Assembly: GCF_003918875.1 (NCBI RefSeq)
Contig: NW_025766558.1
Span: 310,001-374,000, forward strand
Origin: Haliotis rubra
Lineage: Eukaryota
Direction of reading: 5' to 3'
DNA: 64,000 nucleotides
Positions 1-12,400 of the stretch are shown here, in pieces. Positions within the stretch are counted from its first letter, which is position 1; every line of letters begins with the position of its first letter. The notes beneath the pieces are model-generated. The model had not been told where the DNA came from. It did no database searches and saw only the letters and a list, made by a program, of their open reading frames with translations. The position numbers and the translations under genes are program-made.

Positions 1-170
1 GTAAATAATCGATTCTGGACCAGACAATCCAGTGATAAACAACATGAGCATCGATCTACGCGATTGGGATACGATGACATGTACCAACCAAGTCTAACCA
101 CCCGATCCCGTGAGTCGCCTCTTACGGCAAGCATGGGTTACTGAAGACCAATTCTAACTCAGATCGCCAC
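1..170 (-). mobile_element. SINE-like interspersed repeat, family B (core CATGCTTGYCGTAAGAGGCGACT, Nin-domain-like), partial
   Basis: Shares ctggaccagacaatccagtgat...gatctacgc...gggatacgatgac with copies at 24093-24290 and 47020-47250 and a fragment near 6010-6115. Confidence 0.7.
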
Positions 171-385
171 GTAAGTACTTTTAGATGCATCATCTACAGC
201 ATTTGGTGTCCCAGTCCTATTATATATGTAGTAGTGCGTGTCTTAGACGTGGCAGGATCTTACAGTTTACTTTAAAATGTGCTCTTGTATGACTCTGCAC
301 CGTGGCCTTTGTTACGACATGCATGTGTTTTGTGGCATAATGTTTGTAAATCTGTCATGCTGGTCACATGTTTTTCTGTCCCCAG

Positions 386-693
386 AGCTGGCTGAGGATT
401 ATGATACTGGAAGCGGGGGCGGGGCAGGAGGGGCGGGGGAACTAGGAGGATCTGCCGGCGGAGAGGACAGTCACGATGGCGGAAAGGACTCGCCTGAGAG
501 AAAAAAGAAAGATAAAAAAACCAAAGGCAAAGAGAAACAGAAATCAGAAAAAAAGAAAGATGGAAAAAGTAAGAAAAAGGGTAAAGACAGTCCTAAGAAA
601 AACTCCAGTCCCAAATCTGCCAAAAAAGGTTCAAAGAAGCCCAGCCCAAAATCCAAAGGGGGGTTTAGAGGTAAAGCACGAGGAAGGCGATAA
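386..693 (+). CDS. Probable terminal coding exon of an upstream gene; Gly-rich then Lys/Ser-rich basic tail with SPKK-like motifs
   Basis: Pyrimidine tract and acceptor (tttttctgtccccag, 371-385) followed by a coding-like purine-rich frame (LAEDYDTGSGGG...KKGKDSPKKNSSPKSAKKGSKKPSPKSKGGFRGKARGRR*). The upstream part of ORF 277..693 looks intronic. Gene identity cannot be determined from this exon. Confidence 0.55.
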
Positions 694-782
694 GTGTTGA
701 CCTGTGGATACGTTAGCAACTATCCCCAAGGAGGAGATGCAGCATGTAGCCAGTGTCTTCACCGTCATGTTAGGAATAACCA

Positions 783-1230
783 GACTGTGTCACTACTGTC
801 ACAACAATGCATGCTTGGAATACAGATGTCACCATTGTCACAACAATGCATGCTTGGAATACAGATGTCACCATTGTCACAACAATGCATGCTTGGAATA
901 CAGATGTCACCATTGTCACAACAATGCATGCTTGGAATACAGATGTCACCATTGTCACAACAATGCATGCTTGGAATACAGATGTCACCATTGTCACAAC
1001 AATGCATGCTTGGAATACAGATGTCACTACTGTCACAACAATGCATGCTTGGAATACAGAAGTCACTACTGTCACAACAATGCATGCTTGGAATACAGAT
1101 GTCACTACTGTCACAACAATGCATGCTTGGAATACAGATGTCACTACTGTCACAACAATGCATGCTTGGAATACAGATGTCACTACTGTCACAACAATGC
1201 ATGCTTGGAATACAGATGTCACTACTGTCA
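783..1230. repeat. Minisatellite, 39-bp unit, about 11.5 copies
   Basis: Unit gtcactactgtcacaacaatgcatgcttggaatacagat. The 13-aa periodic ORFs in all frames are artefacts of it. Confidence 0.97.
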
Positions 1231-2164
1231 AGACTGCTGATTGGGCTTCAGCATCTCTAAATCACTTTTCTGGTAACAATCTGGCGGTTACAGCACTTGA
1301 CGAACATGTCAATCAATCACTATAAACTCCTAACCACTTCCAATGCCTCACCACAGAAGGATAAGGAGAGGAACTGTGAGGATGTCCATGTCGATATATT
1401 GATAGATACAGTCATACGACGCACGTATTGCCAAATAAACGAGTCTTAAAGTCCTGTCACCATACAACCTTGTGATCACTTCTAGTAAGCTTGACCGTCA
1501 CCTTGCATTGGAACAAGAACAAGGTCAAGCTTTTTCTAGAGACAGTTCTACTCTAAAGTATTGGCACTGCATCTAACTGGTGGTGTTTCCATTCACACAG
1601 GAGAGCGGCAGCTTTTTCCCGTGCTTGTTATTTGTTATTGACGGTCCAGGTGGAAACAGATTCTGTCGTAAAGAAAGTAGTTTGGGTGGCTGACATGGTA
1701 TATTTCACACGTAGTCAATTTCAAGCGTAGAGAATACTAAAGTAAGGCCAGAAATCCTTGGGAAATGCTTTTTGGCTTCAATATCAATATGATGAATTTG
1801 ACACAAGATAAAATTACATATATGATACATGTACGACTCTACCTAGTTGGATATTAAAGCTCAGATGAAAAAATGCACTTGAGGGGTGACTTCACAGGAG
1901 GAAATTTTGACGTTTTAACAACATTCGTAAATATTCTAAGTACAAACTGTAGTTTAGAAATACAGACTATAATTATTCATATAGCCTCAACTAATTAAAT
2001 TACATAAATGATTGTAAAAAGTTTTGTTTTTTTTGGAACATCTATATGTGAAAAAGATGGAACTCTTGTAGTAGTTATATTCAAAATTATTACGTAAAAA
2101 GTCTGAATTAAAATTGCATAGATAATCTTGTTCACCCATAGAAGTTTCACTTCGTGTATGAGCT

Positions 2165-4733
2165 TTGAACTGGCAAAACATGCGACTTGATATCTCAGCA
2201 GAACAATTAATTTCAAATTTATACCAGTATTTCATACTGGAGAAACAAAGGGGACCTCTCGTCAGCTGTGACAGGGTTTACTATAGAATGTGTAAAGCCC
2301 TTAATTTGACATATAGTCAGGTTTACCAAGTTGTAAACAAATTAGTTACCTCAGGGGTCGTGTCAAAATCAAAACCAGGTAGGGAACACAAACTGGATAG
2401 CTTTGATAAGGGTGTCATACGCCGTGCAGTTTATAAACTGTATGAACGCAAAATCCCACGGACGTGTGCTAAAAGACAAGATGAGATCAAAGATACAATA
2501 CATGTCTCGAAAACAACACTTGTTGTAGCTCTGGTAGAAATGGGGTCCGGGTACACCAAAAGGGGAGATGACAGAGCTGTGTTTAGAGAAAAGTACTCAA
2601 TCCTGTCCATGCGATCAGCTTATCTCAGAACAGTTGAAGAATACTGCAATATGGGGTTTCAAATTATAAAAATCAGTCAACCGATCGGATGTGGCTTCGT
2701 TCAGATTGTTCGAAGGCACCAGTGTTACCATCAGGCAAAGGTAGACGCCTGATCATCTTGCATGCTGGTACCCGTAGCAAGGGGCTGATTGGGGTTGAGG
2801 CCAAGAAATCTGATGGTGACTACCATAGCGAAATGAATGGGCAGGTATTTTTGGATTGGTTCGAACCACAGGGGCGTGTCACGCTTAGAAACAGCGTTAG
2901 AAAGACATATAGGTATATAGACCCTACCCTAGTACTATATAAAAGGAAAGGGATGTAACGACGGAACCACCCCCTCCTCAATCAAAGTTAGATTTCACCA
3001 CGTCAACTATTTATAAGGACCCGTCGATGCCTACGGATCGAAAGCGAGCGGCATTCCACGGGTCTAAAAACTTATTGCAACATCTACAAATCATTTCCTC
3101 GACAGTAAGTAGGCATTTTCTCCAAAACCATCGGCAATCATACTCACTTGTCGGCCATAGATGGCCTTGACATTCAAGTGATCTGAGCAGATCCGCAGAA
3201 ACGAAATTGGGCCATCCGATTGGTGGAAAATATAATATACTGTAAGATTTTGACTCAATCTCCTACCCAGAGTTCCATGCGGCCAGCCAGCATAGTACCT
3301 CTGCCACAGGCCGGAAAAATGTGGCGATTCGACACATCTTGCACCGTCCATTCAATATAATGTACATATTCTTAACTCTTTTATTTTTTACGAGCCTAAA
3401 CATCTAATTAAACATCTTTGATAGAATGGCTTAGTTTCACTGAGAAAATATCCTAAAACATGTAACACTATTTCGATTTGCGTAGCGATCCTTTGTTTAC
3501 GTAGGTTGTACGGCTCCACGTGCTGTCATCGAAGCCGACAGGGATTAAACGATGCAACCAGTTTGACATCTAAATATGTACTGTAATAAATGTTATTGTC
3601 GCAGTTGTGGAAGAATATATATGTAACAATGTTAAACATTGTAAAGTGCGCACCGAAAAAACTTCCGTAAGGCCAGTCTCTTCTTATTATGAATATGCGC
3701 GTTTGTTTACAAACAAGAGAAAAGTCCGGTCACGTGATATGCAAATTAGCCTGTGGCAGTGATGTTATGTTAAGTCATCGCTGTGCCGGAGTGTGATTTT
3801 GACTGTTTGCTAATGGGCGCGAAATATGAACTTTGCAATAATCCTTTATTTTGGATGATGTACGGAACAGTAAATTGTTAAGAATAGTTTTAGAGGTTGT
3901 AAAAATGCATTCGATATTGATTCATTTTTAGGAAATTATATTTATAAATATTTAACCTCTAAAATTATTCTTACAAATTTACTGCTCAGATCACTTGAAT
4001 GTCAAGGCCATCTATGGCCGACAAGTGAGTATGATTGCCGATCGCCGATGGTGAAATCTAACTTTGATTGAGGAGGGGGTGGTTCCGTCGTTACATCCCT
4101 TTCCTTTTATATAGTACTAGGGTAGGGTCTATATACCTATATGTCTTTCTAACGCTGTTTCTAAGCGTGACACGCCCCTGTGGTTCGAACATCAGTTTTT
4201 TTACTACAGCTGGACGAACCAAGCGTTATCATTTTGGATAACGCCATTTACCGGTATACCACAACCTGCGTGTCCCTGGTACCATCACACCCACCATGAG
4301 CAATCTCAAGGCTCAGTTGCAGGATTTTCTCACTTCCTGTAACATGCCTTACAAGCAATCAGAAACAAAGCCCCAGCTCATGGAAAAATCCGGCAGCACA
4401 AAAAGCCAATCCAGTACATCACTGACAACCGAGCTGCAAAACAAGGCCACATAGTTCTGCGTACACCAGTACGGCACTGTGAGCTGAAATCCCATCGAGC
4501 TGATCTGGGGTAACTTTAAGAATTTTATTGCTCGCAATAATACCACGCTTTAAGACGTTAAAGAGCTTGTGTATGCTTCTTTTGCGAGAATTACGCCAGA
4601 AGTGTGGCAAAAGGCTGAAGACCGTGTTCTCAAAATCGAGGACGAATACCGTCTGCGGGACGGCGTTAACGTCAGCCGAGTTGCACCAGTTGTAATTCCG
4701 CTAGAGTCCTCGACTAGCAGTGATACTGACACT
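2165..4733 (+). pseudogene. Frameshifted DDE_3/IS630-type transposase
   Basis: HTH-like N-terminus (KPGREHKLDSFDKGVIRRAVY), then GKGRRLIILHAG...GDYHSEMNGQVFLDWFE|HQ, SVIILDNA (about 4238) and HIVLRTPVRHCEL-NPIELIWG (about 4497). About 260 nt separate the second D from E. Several frameshifts; the first catalytic D segment appears deleted. Confidence 0.85.
2867..4182. mobile_element. Non-autonomous P-superfamily-like foldback element with long TIRs
   Basis: 134-bp TIRs (2867-3000 / 4049-4182) starting CACAGGGG; 8-bp TSD GTTCGAAC (2859-2866, 4183-4190); second 61-bp inverted block 3130-3190 / 3982-4042. Removing it restores the host transposase reading WFEHQ. Confidence 0.9.
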
Positions 4734-5393
4734 TGATATTTTGAGACGGTCCCTGACATGTACTGCCCGTGCGTTACATAACGCTGTCACCCTGTTTTTC
4801 GATATTGTACGAGTAATCATTATGTACAACGGTACATCGTGATTACTCATATGCCATATTAGGTCGAGGTGGTATGAATGATTATATATTTGAATGTGAA
4901 ATATCAACCATTTTCAAATAATTGCCAAAAAGCTTTTTCCAAGCATTTCTGGACTTACTTTACACTCGGCCTCAGATACCACAGGAAGGTCACGTGTTTC
5001 GTATAATGAGACCAAGTGTGGTATTAAATTTATTACCCACGCCTTACCTGCATAAAACTAACAAAATACCGTATTTTTGTTATTTTAATGCTTTCAATCG
5101 AAACCGGTTTCATAAAGAGGTTGCGGAAGAACTTTGTTGAGGACTAACATTTGCACTTCTTGTGACATTCCTAAATATGCGCAACTGAATATAGTTCTTA
5201 TCTGTTCTACTTAGTAAGGAAACGTGGAAACATGTGGAAACGCTTTTAAATTTTAAGAACAGCAAATACAAGCTTCAAAAGAAGCAAATATTTCTCATTA
5301 TAGAATAATAACGAACTATCAACTCATGTCACATCACCCCACCCCGCACGATGCGCACCCTCCTTTTGTCCTGAAAGTTTGTTCAATGACCAT

Positions 5394-5557
5394 CGGGGGC
5401 GGTTGGGTAGCCTAGTGGTTAAAGAGTTCGCTCGTCACGCCGAAGACCCGGGTTCGATTCCCCACATGGGTACAATGTGTGAAGCCCATTTCTGGTGTCC
5501 CCCGCCGTGATATTGCTGGAATATTGCTGAAAGCTGCGTAGAACTAAACTCACTCAC
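5394..5557 (+). mobile_element. tRNA-derived SINE, family A, full length
   Basis: A-box TAGCCTAGTGG, B-box GGTTCGATTCC, (ACTC)n tail; TSD tcaatgaccat at 5383-5393 and 5558-5568. Confidence 0.93.
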
Positions 5558-6137
5558 TCAATGACCATTGAAACTCGGGTGAAAATGAAGTGTGCACCCC
5601 CCCTTTTCTCAATAGTGCGCGCGCGCACACACATACATACCTTCTCAAAAAGCTGCATCCGCCCCTGTTCTTGTGATTGAGAAAGTCGTTCCGTCACAAC
5701 ATGATCTAACTGAGAGGCCATCGGTTATTCAATCAAATCGTTAGAATCTCAGGTAAAGTCGTTCCGACACAGGTCAACGCACTATGACACTCGTGTGACG
5801 TAAGTAATACGTTTACCACATGGATAATAAATTCCCCGTCTCGGCATGTTCGCCGTTTCAGTCACTCTATGGCCCCTTACACAAAACAATCTTAGCCCTA
5901 CAATTATAGTAAATCCTTAAAATCGCGATCTTAGGCTTCCACTATCACTGCCATCCACTTACAAAAGGCGATTGATGGCCAAGTTCATTGTACAATGGAA
6001 ACCTACAACTGGTCCGGATCAGTCTTCAGTAGCCTGTACACCCGATCCCGTCAGTCGCATCTTTAACACGACAAGCGTTACGTTACTGTGGGCCAGTTCT
6101 AACCCCGAATCTTCACTTATTCCATGATACAGGATGA

Positions 6138-6303
6138 GTGAGTGAGTGAGTTTAGTTCTACGCAGCTTTCAGCAATATTCCAGCAATATCACGGCGGGGG
6201 ACACCAGAAATGGGCTTCACACATTGTACCCATGTGGGGAATCAAACCCGGGTCTTCGGCGTGACGAGCGAACGCTTTAACCACTAGGCTACCCCACCGT
6301 CCC
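6138..6303 (-). mobile_element. tRNA-derived SINE, family A, full length
   Basis: Near-identical inverse of 5394-5557; TSD gatacaggatga at 6126-6137 and 6304-6315. Confidence 0.93.
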
Positions 6304-6334
6304 GATACAGGATGACACCTACATTACATTAGTT

Positions 6335-7373
6335 AGAAATACAGTTCGGTCTACCACCATGTAGCGTAATAAAGCACGCTTAAATATAGTACAGGACGCT
6401 TGCGTCCGAGTGCTTTAACGTTAAAATAGGTCAGGACGAAAGTGTACTTTATTACACTATACATGGGGGTAGAGCGAACTTTATTTCTTTTCTGAGATGC
6501 CAAATTTAATACTTACCGAAAACAAACACAAAAACGACGGTGTCGGTGACCTAAATTAACAATCCTCGTTCAGGGCCAACTGATGAGCTCTTCCGGTTAC
6601 GTGTTTGCACCCCTATGTTAAGACGAACGTTGCCGTGAGGGTGTGGGTTCGAATCCCGGACTCAACCCAACAAAAGTACTAGAATCTGCACTTTACTAAG
6701 AAAGTATAATCCCAAATATAACATATGTTACAGGGGCGTAGGAACGGTTTTAAGAGCGGGGGATGGGGGTGGGATGGTGGTGTGTGTGGTTAATTTATGA
6801 AAAGTATTGAAAATCAAAATGAAATTGTAGTTATGGTAAGGTAGATATGGTTTCGTCTTGATCCGTTCCTACGCCCCTGCTGTCACGTGAAAACAAAAGA
6901 CAGGCAGTTTCAAGACGGTTTCCGTTCGGGCTAAATATGTTCTCTATATTATTTCAGTTACCTCTGTGATTAATGTAAACCAAATGGACAATATAAACGC
7001 CGCATTTCTACAACCAACGTAAGTTTAGATCAGTCCATCAAGATGGAGCTGACTATTCACGCGACTTTCCACGGAGGCATTGTGGGAATGTAAACATTGC
7101 GAACGTTGCCGTGTAGCTGTTTAATTGTGACTACCCGAGACATTTTATCCGTCGAAAAATATAAACGTAATGTTTCCATAAGATGATTGCCGTGTGAAGC
7201 ATCTGCAAACCCAAAAACGTCCGTTACCAGGGGTACGCTTGATAACGAGGGGGCAGATGACAACGGCGTAGTGACGTCAATACTGCGTGAAGTCACGCAA
7301 AAAGTGTACTTCAGCGCCTGATAAAGTACTGTCGGCGCCTTAAAATTTGATCTTTCAACAAAGCATCTTAGAA
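6335..7373. mobile_element. Non-autonomous element with terminal hairpin and short inverted repeat (Crypton- or Helentron-like), with nested inserts
   Basis: Hairpin arms 6335-6381 / 6440-6488; IR ttctgagatgc 6490-6500 / gcatcttagaa 7363-7373. Interrupts a unit of the 33-bp minisatellite. Confidence 0.65.
6731..6879. mobile_element. MITE with 17-bp TIRs (hAT-like termini)
   Basis: caggggcgtaggaacgg at 6731 and ccgttcctacgcccctg ending at 6879. No clear TSD. Confidence 0.7.
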
Positions 7374-7375
7374 CT

Positions 7376-9120
7376 CATGATGTAGGATGAGACCCACATT
7401 GCATTAGTCCATGATATAGGATGAGACCCACATTGCATTAATCCATGATATAGGATGAGACCCACATTACATTAATCCATGATATAGGATGAGACCCACA
7501 TTACATTAATCCATGATATAGGATGAGACCCACATTACATTAGTTCATGATTAGGATGTGACATACATAGAGGATATTATATGAGTGCCCATGTCATACT
7601 ATGTTTACGACACGAGTACCGAAATTTTGGTATTTCCTGAGCGAGAGCGAGGGATATACCGATATTTAGGCACAAGTGTCGTAAACATAGTATGATATGG
7701 GCACGAATATAATATTCTGTTTATTACCGAAGTCGTCAAATTGAGGAAAATAACCCAATCTAACCCAAAATATTCTACTTTCAAACATAGGCCCTCTACC
7801 CGCCGACGCCGCATGTAGAACGCAACGGCACAGAAGAAACGTGACGTCATAGCATTGTTCATGACGTCACGTCACCATGACAAAGTGATATTTTGCCCTA
7901 GGGCATGGTACGAAAAATATGAACCCCGATACGTTCGCCCTCGTAGGTAATAAATAGCATTAGTACATGATATAGGATGTGACCCACGTTGCATTAGTCC
8001 ATGATATAGGATGTGACCTACATTGCATTAATCCATGATATAGGATGTGACATGCATGGCATTAGTACATGATATAGGGTGTGACCCACATTGTATTAGT
8101 CCATGATATAGGATGTGACATACATTGCATTAGTCCATGATATAGGATGTGACATACATTACATTAATCCATGATATAGGATGTGACCCACATTACATTA
8201 GTCCATGGTATAGAATGGACCTACATTACATTAATCCATGATGTAGGATGTGACCCACATTACATTAATCCATGATATAGGATGTGACCCACATTACATT
8301 AATCCATGATATAGGATGTGACATACATTACATTAATCCATGATATAGGATGTGACCCACATTACATTAGTCCATGGTATAGAATGGACCTACATTACAT
8401 GATATAGGATGTGACCCACATTGCATTAATCCATGATATAGGATGTGACCCACATTGCATTAATCCATGATATAGGATGTGACCCACATTGCATTAATCC
8501 ATGATATAGGATCTGACATACATTACATTAATCCATGATATAGGATGTGACCCACATTACATTAATCCATGATATAGGATGTGACATACATTACATTAAT
8601 CCATGATATAGGATGTGACCCACATTACATTAGTCCATGGTATAGAATGGACCTACATTACATGATGTAGGATGTGACCCACATTACATTAATCCATGAT
8701 ATAGGATGTGACATACATTACATTAATCCATGATATAGGATGTGACCCACATTACATTAGTCCATGGTATAGAATGGACCTACATTACATGATATAGGAT
8801 GTGACCCACATTACATTAATCCATGATGTAGGATGAGACCCACATTACATCAATCCATGTTGTAGGATGTGACCCACATTACATTAATCCATGATATAGG
8901 ATGAGACGCACATTACTTTAATCCATGTTGTAGGATGTGACCCACATTACATTAATCCATGATATAGGATGAGACCCACATTACATTAATCCATGATGTA
9001 GGATGAGACCCACATTACATTAATCCATGATATAGGATGAGACCAACATTACATTAATCCATGATATAGGATGCGACCCACATTACATTAATCCATGATA
9101 TGTAAAGCAACCCACATTAC
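7376..9120. repeat. Minisatellite, 33-bp unit, interrupted by an insertion at about 7569-7957
   Basis: Unit gatataggatgtgacccacattacattaatccat with variants. Confidence 0.97.
7569..7957. mobile_element. Non-autonomous element with ~150-bp terminal hairpin and short inverted repeat
   Basis: Hairpin 7569-7720 with loop gagcgagagcga; IR ctgtttattacc 7717-7728 / ggtaataaatag 7946-7957. Splits a minisatellite unit. Confidence 0.75.
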
Positions 9121-9467
9121 TAAAATCTACATAACGATAAAATATATTAAGTTTAGTTTTACTCTGCACTCAGGAATATTCCAGCTATATGACGGCGGCC
9201 TAAAATATAGAAACACTGTCATAAGTATTCCATGCATGACCGACTCTGTACATTTTCCATCAGTACTCCATTGCATTTACTACACAGCTGTTACTGCTAA
9301 CTATGTTGCTAAACCCCAGTCACAGTTCATTATTCATTCTCGGTCATGGTCCAGAATACACATGGAGCATTCTTTTGTTAGCAGTGTTAGCAGTTAACAG
9401 TGACAGCAGTGTTGGCAGTGTCAGGATGGTCAACAGTATTAGCAGCAGTGGCAGTGTCACGAAGGTC

Positions 9468-12400
9468 TTATGGACTCCTGTTTGTTAACCTGTACAGAAT
9501 GAAACATCCTTTTCCAGAGGGAGCCATTTCCCTCCACAAGTCTGGATTCTTTGTTTCCAAGACAACAGCATCTTCTAGTGGGAGCATCTTGATGCTGGTT
9601 GACTCATCAGCCTCGGCCTGGTTGCCCTGCTGGTAGCGAGACACCACCTCCTCAGACTTCAGACTGCACCTACAGACACACCTCTTAATGAACCTGCTCG
9701 TTTATTCTTCGTCATTACACATGTTACATCAGTAAGGTTTACAATAGTTACTTAGCTGTGACTGAACCAGTATATATTACCACATATACCAATAGATTTC
9801 CATACCTGACAAGAAACTCCATGCTGGGTCTGCTGGCACTAGTGGTGTTCCGGGCAATACCGAGGAGTTCCGGATCAGACAAGGAAGACTGGGGAAGATT
9901 GACCTCATCCCGAATCTCCCGCAGGATAGAGTCAAAGATTTCATCAGTCACAGCTTGAGAATCCATGGATGACACATCAATTTCCTCAAAGGACTTTTTC
10001 CCAACCAGCTCCTGACAGACAACAGTAACCAGAGTTAAAGGTGCTCAACGTGTTGCATAAGTCCATGACACAAATGTGTGCCGCTTAATGAAAAGGACAG
10101 GTTCTACCATGTGTCTGCTAGACGCAGAGGACTTCTACCATGTGTCTGCTAGATGCAGAGGACTTCTACCATGTGTCTGCTAGATGCAGAGGACTTCTAC
10201 CATGTGTCTGCAGGATGCAGAAGACTTCTACCATGTGTCTGTGGGATGCAGAGGACTTCTACCATGTGTCTGCAGGATGTACAGGACTTCTACCATGTGT
10301 CTGCAGGATGTAGAGGACTTCTACCATGTGTCTGCTGGATGTAGACAGGTTCTACCATATGTCTGCTGGATGTAGACAGGTTCTACCATGTGTCTGCTGG
10401 ATGTAGACAGGTTCTAATATGTGTCTGCTGGATGTAGACAGGTTCTACCATGTGTATACTGGATGTAGAGGACTTCTACCATGTGTCTGCTGGATGCAGA
10501 GGACTTCTACCATGTGTCTGCAGGATGTATAGGACTTCTACCATGTGTCTGTGGGATGCAGAGGAGTTCTACCATGTGTCTGCTGGATGTATAGGACTTC
10601 TACCATGTGTCTGCGGGATGCAGAGGACTTCTACCATGTGTCTGCGGGATGTATAGGACTTCTACCATGTGTCTGCGGGATGCAGAGGACTTCTACCATG
10701 TGTCTGCTGGATGTAGACAGGTTCTAATATGTGTCTGCTGGATGTAGACAGGTTCTAATATGTGTCTGCTGGATGTAGACAGGTTATACTATGTGTCTTT
10801 TAACTTTTAAACAGAGGCTTCCCAGCTCTTATGAGAAACCACCTGTCATTTCCAAAATACGAAAACCTGCATGGAGAACAAGAGAAGCAATCTCATTGAA
10901 CTCAAATCTTTCACTCCGATATCTATCGTCATGAAGATGTCACAAACTGAAGTGAACTTTCTAATGAGCCAAACAGCATTGAGGCTTCTAGATATGCCTG
11001 ATGAAAAAGTGAAACATTCATGAAGTGATCCAGAAACAATAGTCTCAAAATAGTTTCACCTGATACTAGATTATCAGTATCCACAGAGAATTGTACACTT
11101 TGAAAATGGCTAATCCGTACCTAATGTTTCTGTCCAAGTCATACCAAATTTGGAGCATTTGTACTTCATGTGGATGACTTACACACAAAACTAGACAATC
11201 TGTACACAAACTTGTAGTGGCTGTACCTACTTCTTTCATATTTCACTATTAATTCAATAAACCATGTATAATCACGCATCATACATTTCACTTAAACCTC
11301 TAAACATTTGACTTGAAGAGGGTTTACTCACAAATCAGATGTGACATTAGTCACACAATGGAGTTGGGATTAATGTCAACATGCTTATCAACATGGAACT
11401 TTTCTAAACTAGACTTAGTGGATACAGACAGTTTCACATAATTACGGATAAGGATTACGTCAATGAGTTTGGACATGTTTTTATTTAAGAAAATATCCTT
11501 TCTGTTCATACTGAGCTCATTAAATGTTTCCAATCTCTTAATCAGATATTATATAAATTAAGTAAGACCTCGACCACATCCACTTCTCTGTAACTCCACT
11601 ATAGGGTTCCATGTAATATCCACTATAGGGCTCCATGTAACTCGACTATAGGGTTCCATGTTATATCCACTATAGGGCTCCATGTAATGTGGAACCCTAT
11701 AGTGGACATTACATGGAACCCTATAGTGGACATTACATGGAACCCTATAGTGGACATTACATGGAACCCTATAGTGGATATTACTTGGAACGCTATAGTG
11801 GATATTACATGGAACCCTATAGTGGACATTACATGGAACCCTATAGTGGATATTACATGGAACCCTATAGTGGATATTAAATGGAACCCTATAGTTGACA
11901 TTACATGGAACCCTATAGTTGACATTACATGGAACCCCCTATAGTGGATATTACATGGAACCCTATAGTGGATATTACATGGAACCCTATAGTATCTACT
12001 AGGGTTCCATGTAACTCCACTATAGGGTTCCATGTAACTCCACTATAGGGTTCCATGTAATATCCACTATAGGGTTCCATGTAATGTCTTCAATATCTTG
12101 ACACAATTCTGTATTTGGCCACCTCTTCTCAATGAAAACACCTACTTTGTACATTCTGTTCTGTTTCCTCTACTGTTATAAATCTCTCCAGTAACTAGCC
12201 TCACACAAACATCTCCAGCCATGCATAAACATGTGTTGCAGGTCCTAATGTGCAGTTTTTAGTTTCTAAAAATAGGGCCAGATCAATTTTATTTCTTGTT
12301 TTACGGATTTTTCTCTTCAGAAAACCTAAAGTCAGGAGGGAAAAAAATAAAAATCACCAGTCAAAGTAATATTCCTTTAAAATACTAAAAGTAAGGTAAG

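Larger units (their letters stand above)
1740..4960 (+). mobile_element. Decayed IS630-Tc1-mariner DNA transposon, DD~82E (Sailor-like), interrupted by an insertion
   Basis: Imperfect ~37-bp TIRs (aagtaaggccagaaatccttgggaaatgctttttggc at 1740-1776 and its inverse at 4924-4960) flanked by TA at 1738-1739 and 4961-4962. Internal transposase remnants. Confidence 0.85.

Noticed and set aside
694-1325. Cys/His-rich ORFs resembling zinc-finger or multi-heme (CxxCH) proteins
   Set aside because: All frames on both strands are open only because the 39-bp unit is a multiple of 3 and lacks stops; no splice or coding evidence.
5394-5470. tRNA gene
   Set aside because: A/B boxes belong to a multi-copy SINE head with TSD and simple-repeat tail; the same applies to 6640-6660, 19310 and 21920-21950.
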